This document shows positions 9,720 to 19,439 of a DNA stretch of 64,000 nucleotides, one piece after another (position 1 is the stretch's first letter; the number at the start of each line of letters is the position of its first letter). A model generated the notes under the pieces. The model searched no databases. It was not told the origin of the DNA and saw nothing but the letters and a program-made list of their open reading frames with translations. A program made the translations under genes and the position numbers. The stretch comes from an uncultured Bifidobacteriaceae bacterium (GTDB lineage: Bacteria > Actinomycetota > Thermoleophilia > Miltoncostaeales > Miltoncostaeaceae): positions 5,564 to 69,563 of the forward strand of contig CAYOSM010000001.1 of NCBI GenBank assembly GCA_964406645.1. Reading direction: 5' to 3'.

Positions 9720-10526
9720 CTACTTCAGGATCGGCAGCTTGTCGATGTCGACGGCGAGCCATTTCTTCTCGAGCTTGTTGATCGCCCCGCTCGCGGTCAT
9801 GCGACGGAGGGCCGCGTTGACCGGCGGGAGGATCGCGCTTCCCTTCGGCACCGCGATGCCGTAGGTCCCGTTGGTGCGGATGCGTCCGGCGAACGCGCCG
9901 TACCGGCTGGGGACCCGCTTGCGCAGCGTGGCCAGCGAGGGGGCGTCGTACACCACCGCCTGGCACCGGCCCGTCTGCAGCGACTGCATCATGGTGTCGA
10001 CGTCCTTGTATGCGGTCGCCGCGGTCTTCGGCTTCACGCGGGTCCGCACGATCGCGGCCCCCGTCGACGACGCGGCGACGCACAGGCGCAGGCTGCGCAG
10101 CCCAGCGATGTTCTTGGGCACCGTGGTGACCTGCCGCGTGAGCAGGACGCCCTCGTCGGCCAGCATGTACGGGATGCTGAAGTCCGTGGTCTTCCGGCGG
10201 GTCGCCACGATCGAGATCTGCCCGATCGCCACGTCCCACGGCTTGGCGCCGGCCGAGTAGAGGTTCGGGAACGGCGACTGCACGAAGCGCGGGGCGCCGA
10301 GCTGCAGCTGGGTGGCGAGCTGCTTGGCCAGATCGATCTCGAACCCACGGGCGTAGACGACCTCGTCACCGCGGACCGCGCCGGTCTGGAAACCCTCGCT
10401 GGGCATCGCGACGCCGACGGTGAGCCGGCCGGGGCTGACGGTCGCCGGTGGCGCGGCGTTCGCTGCGACGGCCGGGGCGAGGGCCGCGATGGCCAGGACT
10501 GTGAGCGGGATTCGTTTCATCATCAT
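9720..10526 (-). CDS. ABC-transporter solute-binding protein, family 3 (amino-acid type)
   Basis: Start MMMKRIPLTVLAIAALAPAVAANA (signal peptide); GFEIDLAKQLA and DVAIGQISIVATRRKTTDFSIPY resemble SBP_bac_3. The track ORF extends further upstream over the Ldt gene. Confidence 0.75.
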   Translation of the reverse strand: MMMKRIPLTVLAIAALAPAVAANAAPPATVSPGRLTVGVAMPSEGFQTGAVRGDEVVYARGFEIDLAKQLATQLQLGAPRFVQSPFPNLYSAGAKPWDVAIGQISIVATRRKTTDFSIPYMLADEGVLLTRQVTTVPKNIAGLRSLRLCVAASSTGAAIVRTRVKPKTAATAYKDVDTMMQSLQTGRCQAVVYDAPSLATLRKRVPSRYGAFAGRIRTNGTYGIAVPKGSAILPPVNAALRRMTASGAINKLEKKWLAVDIDKLPILK

Positions 10527-11638
10527 CACCTCGCCAGGACCTTGACCTGGGTGCCGACCGACGCGAAGTTGTAGAGCCACTGTGCGATGCCCGCCGTGAT
10601 GCGCACACATCCGTGTGACGCCGGCTGCGTCGGCACCGGTGCGTACTCGTGGAAGGCGATTCCGCCGTCGAACGCCAGCGCGTAGGGCAGCCAGGTTCGG
10701 AACGGCACCGACCACCAGTTGCGCGTCTTCAGGTAGACCGAGAAGGTCCCGACCCGGGTGGGCGTCGCGGCCGTACCGGTCGAGACGTGGATCGTCCGCA
10801 CCACGCGGTTGTTTTCGATCGCGAGCGCGACCTGGCGGTCCAGGAGCACCTCAATCCGCCGGCCGGATCCCCCCTTCGTACGCGGGGTCGGACGGGTGGC
10901 CTTCGCGAGACGCGCGCGCGTGGCGGGTCCGACGACACCGTCCCTGCCCAGCCGCTCCCATTTCTGGAAGGCGATGATCGCGGCCTGGGTCTTCGGACCG
11001 GTCCGCCCGTCCACGTCGGCGGTGGTCAGGTAGCCGAGCGCCGCGAGACGCTGCTGGATCTGCCTGGTGGAGGCCGTTGCGCTTCCGGTGGATCCGGACG
11101 GATACGTGGGCTTGGCCGTGGCCGGTGTCTCGAGAGTCGCGGAGGTGATCGGCTGGTCCGTGCGGATCCCAGGGAAGAGTCCCAGCGGGACGCCGCCCTG
11201 GATGAGGAGCTGCATGCGCTTCACCGGTGTGGTGGAACCAGCAGTGCCGACCGTCCCGGTGACCGTCGACATCAGCTGGGCGAGCCGGGCGTTCTGGCTC
11301 TCGGCGCCCTGATCGCCGAGCACGAACTGGAGACCGAGGTCGACGGTGACGAGGTCGCCGTCGACGGTGACGGACCGCACCGGGGTCCCGGCCGGGATCT
11401 GGGTGCGCACGCCCTTCTTGCGCTCAGCTGCGGTGGGACCGGCAAGGAGCTGACGGACGGCGTCCTCGGTCGTGGTGCCCGGACGGGCCACCTTTCCGAG
11501 CTGCTCGCCGTTGACGAACCAGACCTGCACGTCCGCATTGGCCACCGCGGGTACTCCGAGGAGCATCACGGATAGGACGAGGATCACAAGGGACGGGATG
11601 CGCCGACGATGGGCGGAGGAACGTGTCACGGGCGACAC
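10526..11638 (-). CDS. L,D-transpeptidase with GerMN-like and peptidoglycan-binding domains
   Basis: N-terminal TM/signal; PG_binding_1-like IQQRLAALGYLTTADVDGRTGPKTQAAIIAFQ; YkuD catalytic block GIAFHEY...SHGCVRI. Confidence 0.85.
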   Translation of the reverse strand: MSPVTRSSAHRRRIPSLVILVLSVMLLGVPAVANADVQVWFVNGEQLGKVARPGTTTEDAVRQLLAGPTAAERKKGVRTQIPAGTPVRSVTVDGDLVTVDLGLQFVLGDQGAESQNARLAQLMSTVTGTVGTAGSTTPVKRMQLLIQGGVPLGLFPGIRTDQPITSATLETPATAKPTYPSGSTGSATASTRQIQQRLAALGYLTTADVDGRTGPKTQAAIIAFQKWERLGRDGVVGPATRARLAKATRPTPRTKGGSGRRIEVLLDRQVALAIENNRVVRTIHVSTGTAATPTRVGTFSVYLKTRNWWSVPFRTWLPYALAFDGGIAFHEYAPVPTQPASHGCVRITAGIAQWLYNFASVGTQVKVLAR

Positions 11639-11798
11639 CTCTGAGCGTGGTCGGGAACGTGCGTGGCTCGCGCGCGTTCCGCGACCCTACAGGCCGATCC
11701 GTATCGCGTCGACTCGGGGCCGCGACCGGCCGAGGATGTCGCGCGACATCACGCGTGGCCGGAGAACGAATGACATGACGCGCCGCGGCTCGCTCAGG

Positions 11799-11835
11799 CC
11801 CCGCGTCAAGTTAAGTGCCAGACACCAGGCTTGAC
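11799..11835. repeat. 37-nt intergenic repeat, copy B (GCCCGCGTCAAGTTAAGTGCCAGACACCAGGCTTGAC)
   Basis: See copy A. Lies between the DJ-1/PfpI stop (11870) and the Ldt start (11638). Confidence 0.8.
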
Positions 11836-11869
11836 ACCTGCGGCGCCGAGCCGGACGTGCGGCGCGCCG

Positions 11870-12397
11870 TCAGCCGACGCTGTCGACGAAGAGCGCGATC
11901 AGTTCGCGCTCGAAGTCCGGGATGTCGGCGACCACCCGCCCCCAGACCTGGTTCCCGTCCCGGAACGCGGGCTCGTCCACCCAGGTGCCACCGGCGTTGA
12001 CGAGGTCGTCCTTGATCCCAAGCGAGCCGGTGACCCGGCGGCCGGAGACGATGTCCGCCGAGATGGCGACCGAGCCGCCGTGGCAGATGATCCCGATCGG
12101 CTTGCCCTGCGCGTTGACGGTGCGGACGAGGTCGACGATCGCCGGGGAGCGGCGCATCTTGTCGGGTGCCCAGCCTCCCGGGATGACGATTCCGTCGAAC
12201 GCGTCTGCGCTCACGTCGGAGGCGAGCGCGTCCGCCCGCACGGCGAGGCCGTTCTTCCCGCGGTGCGCGTCGAGATCGCTGCCGACCGACACCACGGTGG
12301 CGCCCTCCTCCTGGATGCGCATGACGGTGACCCAGTACTCGAGGTCCTCGACCCCGTCGGCCACCAGCACCGCGTACGTACGTCCCGTCAGCCGCAT
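11870..12397 (-). CDS. DJ-1/PfpI family protein (type 1 glutamine amidotransferase-like)
   Basis: 175 aa; IVIPGGWAPD and nucleophile elbow PIGIICHGGSV. Confidence 0.88.
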   Translation of the reverse strand: MRLTGRTYAVLVADGVEDLEYWVTVMRIQEEGATVVSVGSDLDAHRGKNGLAVRADALASDVSADAFDGIVIPGGWAPDKMRRSPAIVDLVRTVNAQGKPIGIICHGGSVAISADIVSGRRVTGSLGIKDDLVNAGGTWVDEPAFRDGNQVWGRVVADIPDFERELIALFVDSVG

Positions 12398-12581
12398 CGT
12401 CCACTCCTTGTCGCCGTCTGCCTGCCGCGGACCACTCGTCGCTCACGCTACTCCGGGGCGGGCCCTCCGGTGTCCGTCGTCGGTCCTCCCGCCCACCCGG
12501 ATCCGGGCGATCCCGCCGAGGCTGCGTCTACCATGCGCGCACCCAGGACGCGCGACGGACCCCCGAAGGAGCCCGCCCCAC

Positions 12582-13193
12582 GTGACAGACCCCTCTGCCG
12601 CACCCCAAGTCCCGCCGAAGAAGCGCTCGGCCACGACCCGCGCGCTCGCCGGATTCCTCTTCGCGTCGCGATGGCTGCAGGCGCCGCTCTACGTCGGCCT
12701 GATCGTCGCCCAGCTCTTCTACGTGTTCACGTTCATGAAGGAGCTGTGGCACATCGCGGACGGGATCACGGATCTCTCCGAGGCGGAGATGATGCTGATG
12801 GTCCTCGGGCTCGTCGACGTGGTCATGGTCGCGAACCTTCTGATCATGGTGATCATCGGCGGCTACGAGACCTTCGTGTCGCGCATCGACCTGGACGACC
12901 ATCCGGATCAGCCGGAGTGGCTCAGCCACGTGAACGCCAACGTGCTCAAGGTCAAGCTGGCGATGGCCATCATCGGCATCTCCTCCGTGCACCTCCTGAA
13001 GTCCTTCGTGGGTGCCGCGGACATGTTCAACAACAGCGATCCCCAGATCGCAGACAACGCGGGTGAGATCCTCATGTGGCAGACCATCATCCACATGGCG
13101 TTCATCTTCTCGGCGATGGGTCTGGCGTGGATCGACAAGATCGGCGACCGCCGGCACCAGGAGGGACGCGAACTGGAGAGCGCCGCGCACTGA
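12582..13193 (+). CDS. YqhA / UPF0114 family membrane protein
   Basis: C-terminal ~200 aa of the track ORF: FASRWLQAPLYVGLIVAQ..., VMVANLLIMVIIGGYETFVS, KVKLAMAIIGISSVHLL. The start (GTG 12582) is uncertain. Confidence 0.75.
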   Translation: MTDPSAAPQVPPKKRSATTRALAGFLFASRWLQAPLYVGLIVAQLFYVFTFMKELWHIADGITDLSEAEMMLMVLGLVDVVMVANLLIMVIIGGYETFVSRIDLDDHPDQPEWLSHVNANVLKVKLAMAIIGISSVHLLKSFVGAADMFNNSDPQIADNAGEILMWQTIIHMAFIFSAMGLAWIDKIGDRRHQEGRELESAAH

Positions 13194-13512
13194 GACCGGT
13201 CACACGAGGCGGCTCCGCACCGATCTCATAGACCGGACGCGTCGTGCCCGGGTCCGAACCGGTCCTGACTGCGCCGACTGATTATGCCTGCAACGGCGCA
13301 CCTTACGACGAGGTGAATGCGGGCCGATCAGCCGTCGCACTACCCGTGAGCTAGGGCAGTCGGGGAACGCTCCTGAAATCGCGGTCGCCTCACGCCGGAA
13401 TTCCGTCCCGCACGGTGCGGCGTCCCGGCCATCATTCACATGCCGGAAGCAGCGTATGGCCAGCGTCCGCATGGTGTCTCGTCGACACGTACTCCACCAG
13501 AGCGACTGCCGG

Positions 13513-13539
13513 CGATCGGATGCGGACCGCATCCGATCG
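13513..13539. promoter_or_regulatory. Perfect 13+1+13 palindrome CGATCGGATGCGG-A-CCGCATCCGATCG upstream of the CAP-domain gene
   Basis: Read directly from the sequence; 79 nt upstream of the ATG at 13618. A one-nt spacer favours a dimeric protein operator over an RNA hairpin. Confidence 0.35.
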
Positions 13540-13617
13540 GAATGACAGCCGAGATTGACGACGCTGACGAATCCAACCACAGACACCGATAGGCAAGTGA
13601 CCATCTTCGAGGAGCGC

Positions 13618-15111
13618 ATGAACACGAGACTCACATCACGAGTGGCCCGCCGGCTCACGTTGGCGGCGATCGCGGTGACCCTGATCCCAGCGAGCGCGCA
13701 CGCGGTCGCGGTGGACCCCTGGAATCGAGACTCGGTGAAGGAGGCCTACACGGTCGCCGTCGCCGACGGGGAGCGCATCGATCCCGGATGGACCGGCAGC
13801 ACCGCCGCCTGCACAGTCGGGAGTGAGTCGTCCGCTTCGCAGAACGCGGCCGTTGAGGCAGTCAACTACGTGCGCGGCATGAATGCCCTCCCTCCCGTGG
13901 TGCTCGACGCGGACATGAGCCGGACGGCACTCGCGGCGGCACTCATCATGAGCGCCAACGGCAGCCTGTCGCACTACCCTCCTCCGTCCTGGCGCTGCTG
14001 GAACCAGCTGGGTGCCGACGGCGCCATGTCGTCGAACCTCTTCCTCGGGCCCCGGACGTCCGTCTCAGCCGTCATCGGATACATCGCGGATCCCGGTTCT
14101 AACAACGTGGCCGTTGGACACCGGCGCTGGGTCCTGTACCCACCGCTCGGTGCGATCGGCACGGGAAGTACGTCCAACACCAACGCTCTCACCGTATTGG
14201 GCGGGACACCTCAGGATCGTGTGACTCCGCTCACGGTGTCTTGGCCGCCGTCCGGACACGTGCCGTGGCCGCTCATCTTCGACCGGTTCAGCATGTCGTC
14301 CGCCGCCTATCCGGACGCGGACTACTCGCACGCTCAGGTAACCGTAACGGCAAACGGCACCCCCCTCCGGCTCACCGTCAATCCGGTGCAGAACGGATAC
14401 GGCGACAACACCATCGTCGCGGAGGTCACGATCCCCGGCTCGCTTCGAACATCCGCCGCTGAAACCACCTTCGTGATGACCGTCGCGAACGTGGTGGACC
14501 CCGCGACGGGCGCATCGATGACCCTCCGATCGCAGACGCAGGCGTTCGACTTCGCGGTGCCCGAGCTGACGAGGATGACCTCCGTCGGGACGCGGGGACA
14601 GGTTCGCTGGACCACCGTCGAACACGGATCTCCGATCACCGGGTTCACCCTCTCCTACACGCCGCCTCGTGGTCGAGGGGCGCCGCAGACCTACAACCTC
14701 CCGCCGTCTGCCCGCTCCTTCACGCCGCCCCGCCTCGCGCTGAACAACGTGCCCTACACCGTGCGGCTGGTCGCCCGTTCGCGCCTGGGCGAGACCGATT
14801 CGACCACCTACCTGGTCACCCGCCCGCCGCAGATCACACTGGGTATCCCGCGGATCGCCGTGGTCAAGAAGGCGCGGGCCGTGCAGATCACGCTCAATAC
14901 CCCGGCTGCGGTCAGCGCAACGGTCTACCGTCGCAACCCACGTCTCGGCCGATATGTGCCGTACCGCGTTCTGAAGGCCCGGACGCTGGCGACCGGGAAG
15001 CGCCGGGTGATGATGGGCGTCCTTCCGAAGGGCACCTACCGCGTCGTGACCACCGCGAAGCGACGCGACTGGACAACGGCGAAGACAACCACCGGGTTCA
15101 CCGTCCGTTGA
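13618..15111 (+). CDS. Secreted CAP/SCP (PR-1-like) domain protein with C-terminal beta-rich region
   Basis: ATG 13618 after GAGGAG; signal peptide MNTRLTSRVARRLTLAAIAVTLIPASAHA; CAP-like AVNYVRGMNALPP, HYPPPSWRCW, NVAVGHRRWVLYPPLG. Confidence 0.65.
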   Translation: MNTRLTSRVARRLTLAAIAVTLIPASAHAVAVDPWNRDSVKEAYTVAVADGERIDPGWTGSTAACTVGSESSASQNAAVEAVNYVRGMNALPPVVLDADMSRTALAAALIMSANGSLSHYPPPSWRCWNQLGADGAMSSNLFLGPRTSVSAVIGYIADPGSNNVAVGHRRWVLYPPLGAIGTGSTSNTNALTVLGGTPQDRVTPLTVSWPPSGHVPWPLIFDRFSMSSAAYPDADYSHAQVTVTANGTPLRLTVNPVQNGYGDNTIVAEVTIPGSLRTSAAETTFVMTVANVVDPATGASMTLRSQTQAFDFAVPELTRMTSVGTRGQVRWTTVEHGSPITGFTLSYTPPRGRGAPQTYNLPPSARSFTPPRLALNNVPYTVRLVARSRLGETDSTTYLVTRPPQITLGIPRIAVVKKARAVQITLNTPAAVSATVYRRNPRLGRYVPYRVLKARTLATGKRRVMMGVLPKGTYRVVTTAKRRDWTTAKTTTGFTVR

Positions 15112-15257
15112 CGGGCAACGAACCCAGAATCGCTGATGCAGGCGAAGCGGATCGCGACGTCGCTCGAGCGTCCGTCCCGAGAGAGTCCGGTCCTACGAGA
15201 GAGACCGTTCGCCACTAGGCACCGGACGACGATCCCAATGCCTTCCACCGGAGACAC

Positions 15258-15983
15258 ATGACCGACGACAATCACGACGACGGGGATAAGCGGCCGCTCG
15301 ACGGTGAAGAGTTCGACTTCGTGTTCGACTTCGACGAGCACTTCGAGTTCGAACTGGCACACGAGCGTGTCGTCGATGACCGATTCGACGGGCAGGTGTG
15401 TGACTTGATCCGACGCGTCATCCGATATGCAGATCCGCCGGCACAGCCTTCGTCACCATCGGTGCTCACCGACGAACTGGCCGGCGCTACCGCGCGTGTG
15501 TGGTTTCTGGCCTCCGAGAGCTCCGACGCCGATCAGTTCGTCATCTCCGACGCGTTCGTCGCCGTAGCTCGGCAGGCTCTGAAAGCGGCCACGGAGTATG
15601 GATACACCTTCGAGCCTCTCGACATCGAGGGGCCGTTCGACGACACCATCGCGAACGGGTACTACAACCTGATCTGTTGGGAGACCCAGGTGGAACACCC
15701 TCTCGACAAGACGACGCCATCTGATCTGTTGGAAGGCCTACTGATGATGGTCTGCCGTATCGCAGGGCTGCGCCGGATGATCGATCCAAGGCCCGAGGAC
15801 GAGGAATGGTCCACCACCGCACTACGCGACCTCACTGACCATGCGGAGAGGGACGGGGTAACCCCTCATGCATGGGCGACATCACGATTTCGCCGGGTGA
15901 GCGACTCCGTGGCGGCCCTCGCCATCTATGCGGCGGTGGCGTTCCGCGGCTCGGCAAACACCGACGCACCCGGGGAGCTGTGA
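15258..15983 (+). CDS. Hypothetical protein (acidic N-terminus)
   Basis: 241-aa ORF with G/C-rich third codon positions; no motif recognised. Confidence 0.55.
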   Translation: MTDDNHDDGDKRPLDGEEFDFVFDFDEHFEFELAHERVVDDRFDGQVCDLIRRVIRYADPPAQPSSPSVLTDELAGATARVWFLASESSDADQFVISDAFVAVARQALKAATEYGYTFEPLDIEGPFDDTIANGYYNLICWETQVEHPLDKTTPSDLLEGLLMMVCRIAGLRRMIDPRPEDEEWSTTALRDLTDHAERDGVTPHAWATSRFRRVSDSVAALAIYAAVAFRGSANTDAPGEL

Positions 15984-16144
15984 CCGTCCCACCAGGAATG
16001 CTTACTCCGACGACACCCCCGGCCCCGCTCGTTCCGGATGTGTCAACCGCACGCTGGACGACCACTGCAGTCCGTACGGCTCGTCTCCCATACGCTGCCG
16101 GAATCCCGGCCACAGGCCATGGCATCCGTACGCATCATGCGTGT

Positions 16145-17167
16145 ATGCCGAACATTCCCAGCCTCACCATTCACACCACACCGCGGGACATATCGAACAC
16201 GTGGGCCGATCCACGCGACACACACCAGCACGTCACGGCGTTCAGCATCCGGGCGGAGGACGACGCGATGGATCACGCCGGCTTCCTCGACCGGCTCGAA
16301 CCCCATCTGGGCGTTGTGCTCGACGCGGGATGTGTCCCCGGTCGCGTGGCGCTCGCCATCGATCTCGAGATCGTATCCGGACCCCCGCAGGCACTTGAGG
16401 CCGTGATGCTGGTGGGGATGACCGGCGATGAAGACCCCCGACCCCTTCGCCAGCTTGCGGGGCTTCTGGCGGGAATCCTCCACGACTCAGAGCTGTTCAC
16501 CGTTCGGCGTGTCGACGCCCGACGACTCCGGTCGCTCCTTGCGGTGGAGTTCACCACTCAGATCGTCCAACGAACGTGCCTGGATGACGAGGACTCGCCG
16601 ATCGTGAGGCACTGGGACGCCCCCGACCGCGTTCCCATGTGGACCGAAGCCGCCATCTACGTCTGCTCGATGCAGACCGATGTCCGCATCCGCACCGTCC
16701 TTACCCCGGCACCGATCGATCCCGCACGCGGACAGACGACCCTGGAGGACGACCCCGACGAGGACCCGGGTCCGTCAGACATACCGTGGGTGATCCCGGA
16801 GGCGGACCCGGTCTCCCGCACGATCGGCAATCTGTGGATTGCGCGCATCGGCGTCAGCACCGGGGTGGATGAGCCGGTCACGCGGCTGGTCGGCGGACGG
16901 ATCTCGCAGCGCGCGGGCTTCACCACCTGGCCCGTCCGCCGTGGAGCGATGTCGATGCTGACCTCCCTCACCCCTGGGGGCACGGGGCCATGTCTGCGTG
17001 ATGAGCTTGTGGACCGTGCGGTGGCGATTTGCCTGATGGTGCCCCCGCTCGTGGCGATCGGCGCAGCGGTCGACGATAAGCGACGAGCCGGATCATCGTC
17101 CACTGCTGCTTCTGCAGCGAACCCCGCCGATGCCGCACCGATGCCCGCGGCAGACGTGAGCGTGTAA
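16145..17167 (+). CDS. Hypothetical protein
   Basis: In-frame part of track ORF 15872..17167. The start is ambiguous (ATG 16145 or 16268; the track start overlaps the previous ORF). No motif recognised. Confidence 0.45.
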   Translation: MPNIPSLTIHTTPRDISNTWADPRDTHQHVTAFSIRAEDDAMDHAGFLDRLEPHLGVVLDAGCVPGRVALAIDLEIVSGPPQALEAVMLVGMTGDEDPRPLRQLAGLLAGILHDSELFTVRRVDARRLRSLLAVEFTTQIVQRTCLDDEDSPIVRHWDAPDRVPMWTEAAIYVCSMQTDVRIRTVLTPAPIDPARGQTTLEDDPDEDPGPSDIPWVIPEADPVSRTIGNLWIARIGVSTGVDEPVTRLVGGRISQRAGFTTWPVRRGAMSMLTSLTPGGTGPCLRDELVDRAVAICLMVPPLVAIGAAVDDKRRAGSSSTAASAANPADAAPMPAADVSV

Positions 17168-17219
17168 CCGCGCAGGGAGAACCGCTCGGGGACGGACCGC
17201 GGTTACGCTCCCCGAGCGG

Positions 17220-19430
17220 ATGTGTTTGAGTTCCCACGTGTCATCACCGACTGCGTTCCACGACGCCCGTTCGCGGTCGGCCACCGATGCGGCAGGAGAA
17301 ACAATCACCGAGGGTGCCCTGGCCACGGCCACCTTCCTCATCCGCCGCTGGGCGATCGTGGCACGCCTTCTGCCCGTGCTCGTCGGCGCGGCGACGGTGG
17401 CAAGCCACGAGCCACACTGGATCTGGCTTCCGCTCCTCGGCCTGGTCGCTGCATGTCTCCCTCTGGAGCCCGGCCGGGACGCCCGCCGCGATCGCGGTGC
17501 GCTCGTGGCGCAGACGGCGGTCGCCGTGGTCGCCGCCCTGGCGCCGGGACCGGCGGCGCCTCTGATCCTCCTGCCGGCGGTGAGTGTCGGTATCGAGCTG
17601 TCGATCGTGAGTCTCGGATCACGTCTCGATGCGGTTCCTCCTCTCCGGGGAGTCTGGGTGTCGCTCGGATTCCTTCCCGCGATCCTCGTGCTCGCCGATA
17701 TGGCGGACGCCAGTGCGTACTCCATCATCGTTGCCGGCCTGTCTGTCGTCTGCCTGTCACTTCCCGGCGTCTGGGCGGCAGCCGTCGAAGCGAACGATCT
17801 CGATGACCTGGTGGAATCCACGATCCGCCCCGCCGCCGCCGCACGGGCGAGCGGCCGACTGCACGATCCGATCCGGCACGCGGAGCGTGCTCTCGAGGAC
17901 TTCGCCGAACGCAGCGAAGTGATCTCCGAGGCCGCATCACGGCAACTGCTTCAGAACGCCGAAGAGATCGGCGCGATCCTTGACGAGGTGACACAGATGT
18001 GGTCGGAGTACGACCATCCCCAGATCCGAGCCGGAATCCCGGCACGTATCAGGACCACCCTCGGATCATCATTGAGGCGGATGTTCCGACCCTGGTCCAC
18101 ACAGGAGGCGGTACCGGCGTGGTGGCCACGCGCGATGCGCGCTGCCTGGCTTCGGACTGTGGCCCCCTGGCTCGACACGGTACGGATCATCCACACCCGG
18201 CAGATCGAGGCCGTCGCCCTCAACGTCACTCTGTGGTTGCGTGCCGTCACCGTCCTTTCCGTTCCGACGATCGGATCCGCACTTCTCGGTGGGGTGACCC
18301 CCGACGGCGACCCGCTGCGGACGATCGTATGGATCGCCCTCGCAGCAGCCGCATCCATCACCGCGCTCGGTGCGGTACCCCTGGTCGACCGCGTGATGGA
18401 TGCCGACCGGGCCCGGTTCCGCCGAAACCTGTTCCTCGTTGAGGAAACACTGGTGCTCACCGCCCTGATCGTCATCCCATCCTGGGCGGTGTTCGTGTTC
18501 TCCGGTGGTCCCCAGAACTGGTTGCAGCGCCCGGACTGGCGTATGCGCCGCGCCCTGACACCGCTCCTACTTCACCTGTCCGTGATGTCCGTATCACTGA
18601 ACTTTCACGGAGCGAGCGCTAGGAGCATCGCGCTTCAATGCACCGTCGGGCTGGTGGTTCTCCTGCTGACATCCAACAGCTACGGACTGATGATTCCGTT
18701 CGTCATCTACGCGGCGATCGGGAGACCGTTCATCGCACATTCGCGACGTGAACGGCTTGAGGAGACTCTGGTCGACCCCCGCGTCGACCGGGCGCTGCGG
18801 ATCATCGACGATGCCGAGAGCACCATCCGCGCCGAAGCGTTGCGGCTGGGCACGGAGGATGCGGATCACGCGACCTCAGCGATGGTTGAACAGCTGAGGG
18901 TCGCGCGGAGCGCCGTTCACGACGCGGCCGAGCCCCGTCAGCGGTCCCTCCCGGCGAGGACGCTCAGCGTCATCCTTCACGAGGCGATCCGCACGCACAT
19001 CGCCGCGACATCGACGGAGACAAGCGCGTACATCCAGGCGACTGCGGTCCATTTCGCACCACCCTCGCTCGGTGCGCGTCGGGTTCGATCGCGGGCGCTG
19101 GCACAACATCTCGGCGACGCCATGAGGACCATCAGCGCCGAAGCATCCGTGCACGGCATCGGGCTCTTCCAGGTGCGATGCACCGAGGATGACGGACGCA
19201 TCAGCATCCTCGCCGCGAACGATGTCGACTCCTCGTCAGCGCCGGATCCAGGAGGAGCCGTGGGACGTCGGGCGCTGCAGGAAGCCATCAGCGACCTACC
19301 AGGAGGAAGCATCGTCTGGCGTGGCCTCACGGACGGACGCATCGTCGGTGAGTCCGAAACGATCCCCGTATTCGCCGTCGAATTCGCATTCTCGTCATCG
19401 ATCCTGCAACCGGAAAGGGTTGCACGGTAG
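17220..19430 (+). CDS. Polytopic membrane protein, possible degenerate sensor-kinase-like partner of the adjacent response regulator
   Basis: 736 aa with many hydrophobic segments in the N-terminal and central parts. The soluble C-terminal ~220 aa only loosely resemble a HATPase fold (GIGLFQV..., DPGGAVGRRAL); no clear H-box or N-box. Ends 9 nt before the RR gene. Confidence 0.5.
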   Translation: MCLSSHVSSPTAFHDARSRSATDAAGETITEGALATATFLIRRWAIVARLLPVLVGAATVASHEPHWIWLPLLGLVAACLPLEPGRDARRDRGALVAQTAVAVVAALAPGPAAPLILLPAVSVGIELSIVSLGSRLDAVPPLRGVWVSLGFLPAILVLADMADASAYSIIVAGLSVVCLSLPGVWAAAVEANDLDDLVESTIRPAAAARASGRLHDPIRHAERALEDFAERSEVISEAASRQLLQNAEEIGAILDEVTQMWSEYDHPQIRAGIPARIRTTLGSSLRRMFRPWSTQEAVPAWWPRAMRAAWLRTVAPWLDTVRIIHTRQIEAVALNVTLWLRAVTVLSVPTIGSALLGGVTPDGDPLRTIVWIALAAAASITALGAVPLVDRVMDADRARFRRNLFLVEETLVLTALIVIPSWAVFVFSGGPQNWLQRPDWRMRRALTPLLLHLSVMSVSLNFHGASARSIALQCTVGLVVLLLTSNSYGLMIPFVIYAAIGRPFIAHSRRERLEETLVDPRVDRALRIIDDAESTIRAEALRLGTEDADHATSAMVEQLRVARSAVHDAAEPRQRSLPARTLSVILHEAIRTHIAATSTETSAYIQATAVHFAPPSLGARRVRSRALAQHLGDAMRTISAEASVHGIGLFQVRCTEDDGRISILAANDVDSSSAPDPGGAVGRRALQEAISDLPGGSIVWRGLTDGRIVGESETIPVFAVEFAFSSSILQPERVAR

Positions 19431-19439
19431 CCTGCGGCG

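Noticed and set aside
13240-13265. Possible tRNA T-arm-like sequence (cccgggtccgaaccgg) at the island edge
   Set aside because: No acceptor stem, anticodon arm or canonical GTTCRANYC loop could be built around it. No tRNA is called.
13200-13658. 152-aa minus-strand ORF in the spacer before the CAP gene
   Set aside because: Arg/Ser/Cys-rich with no RBS or motif. It overlaps the CAP gene start region and the palindrome, so it is probably non-coding.
17220-19430. Confident annotation as a sensor histidine kinase
   Set aside because: I could not locate an H-box histidine context, an N-box Asn or G-boxes by eye. Only adjacency to a response regulator supports the call, so it is described as possible or degenerate.
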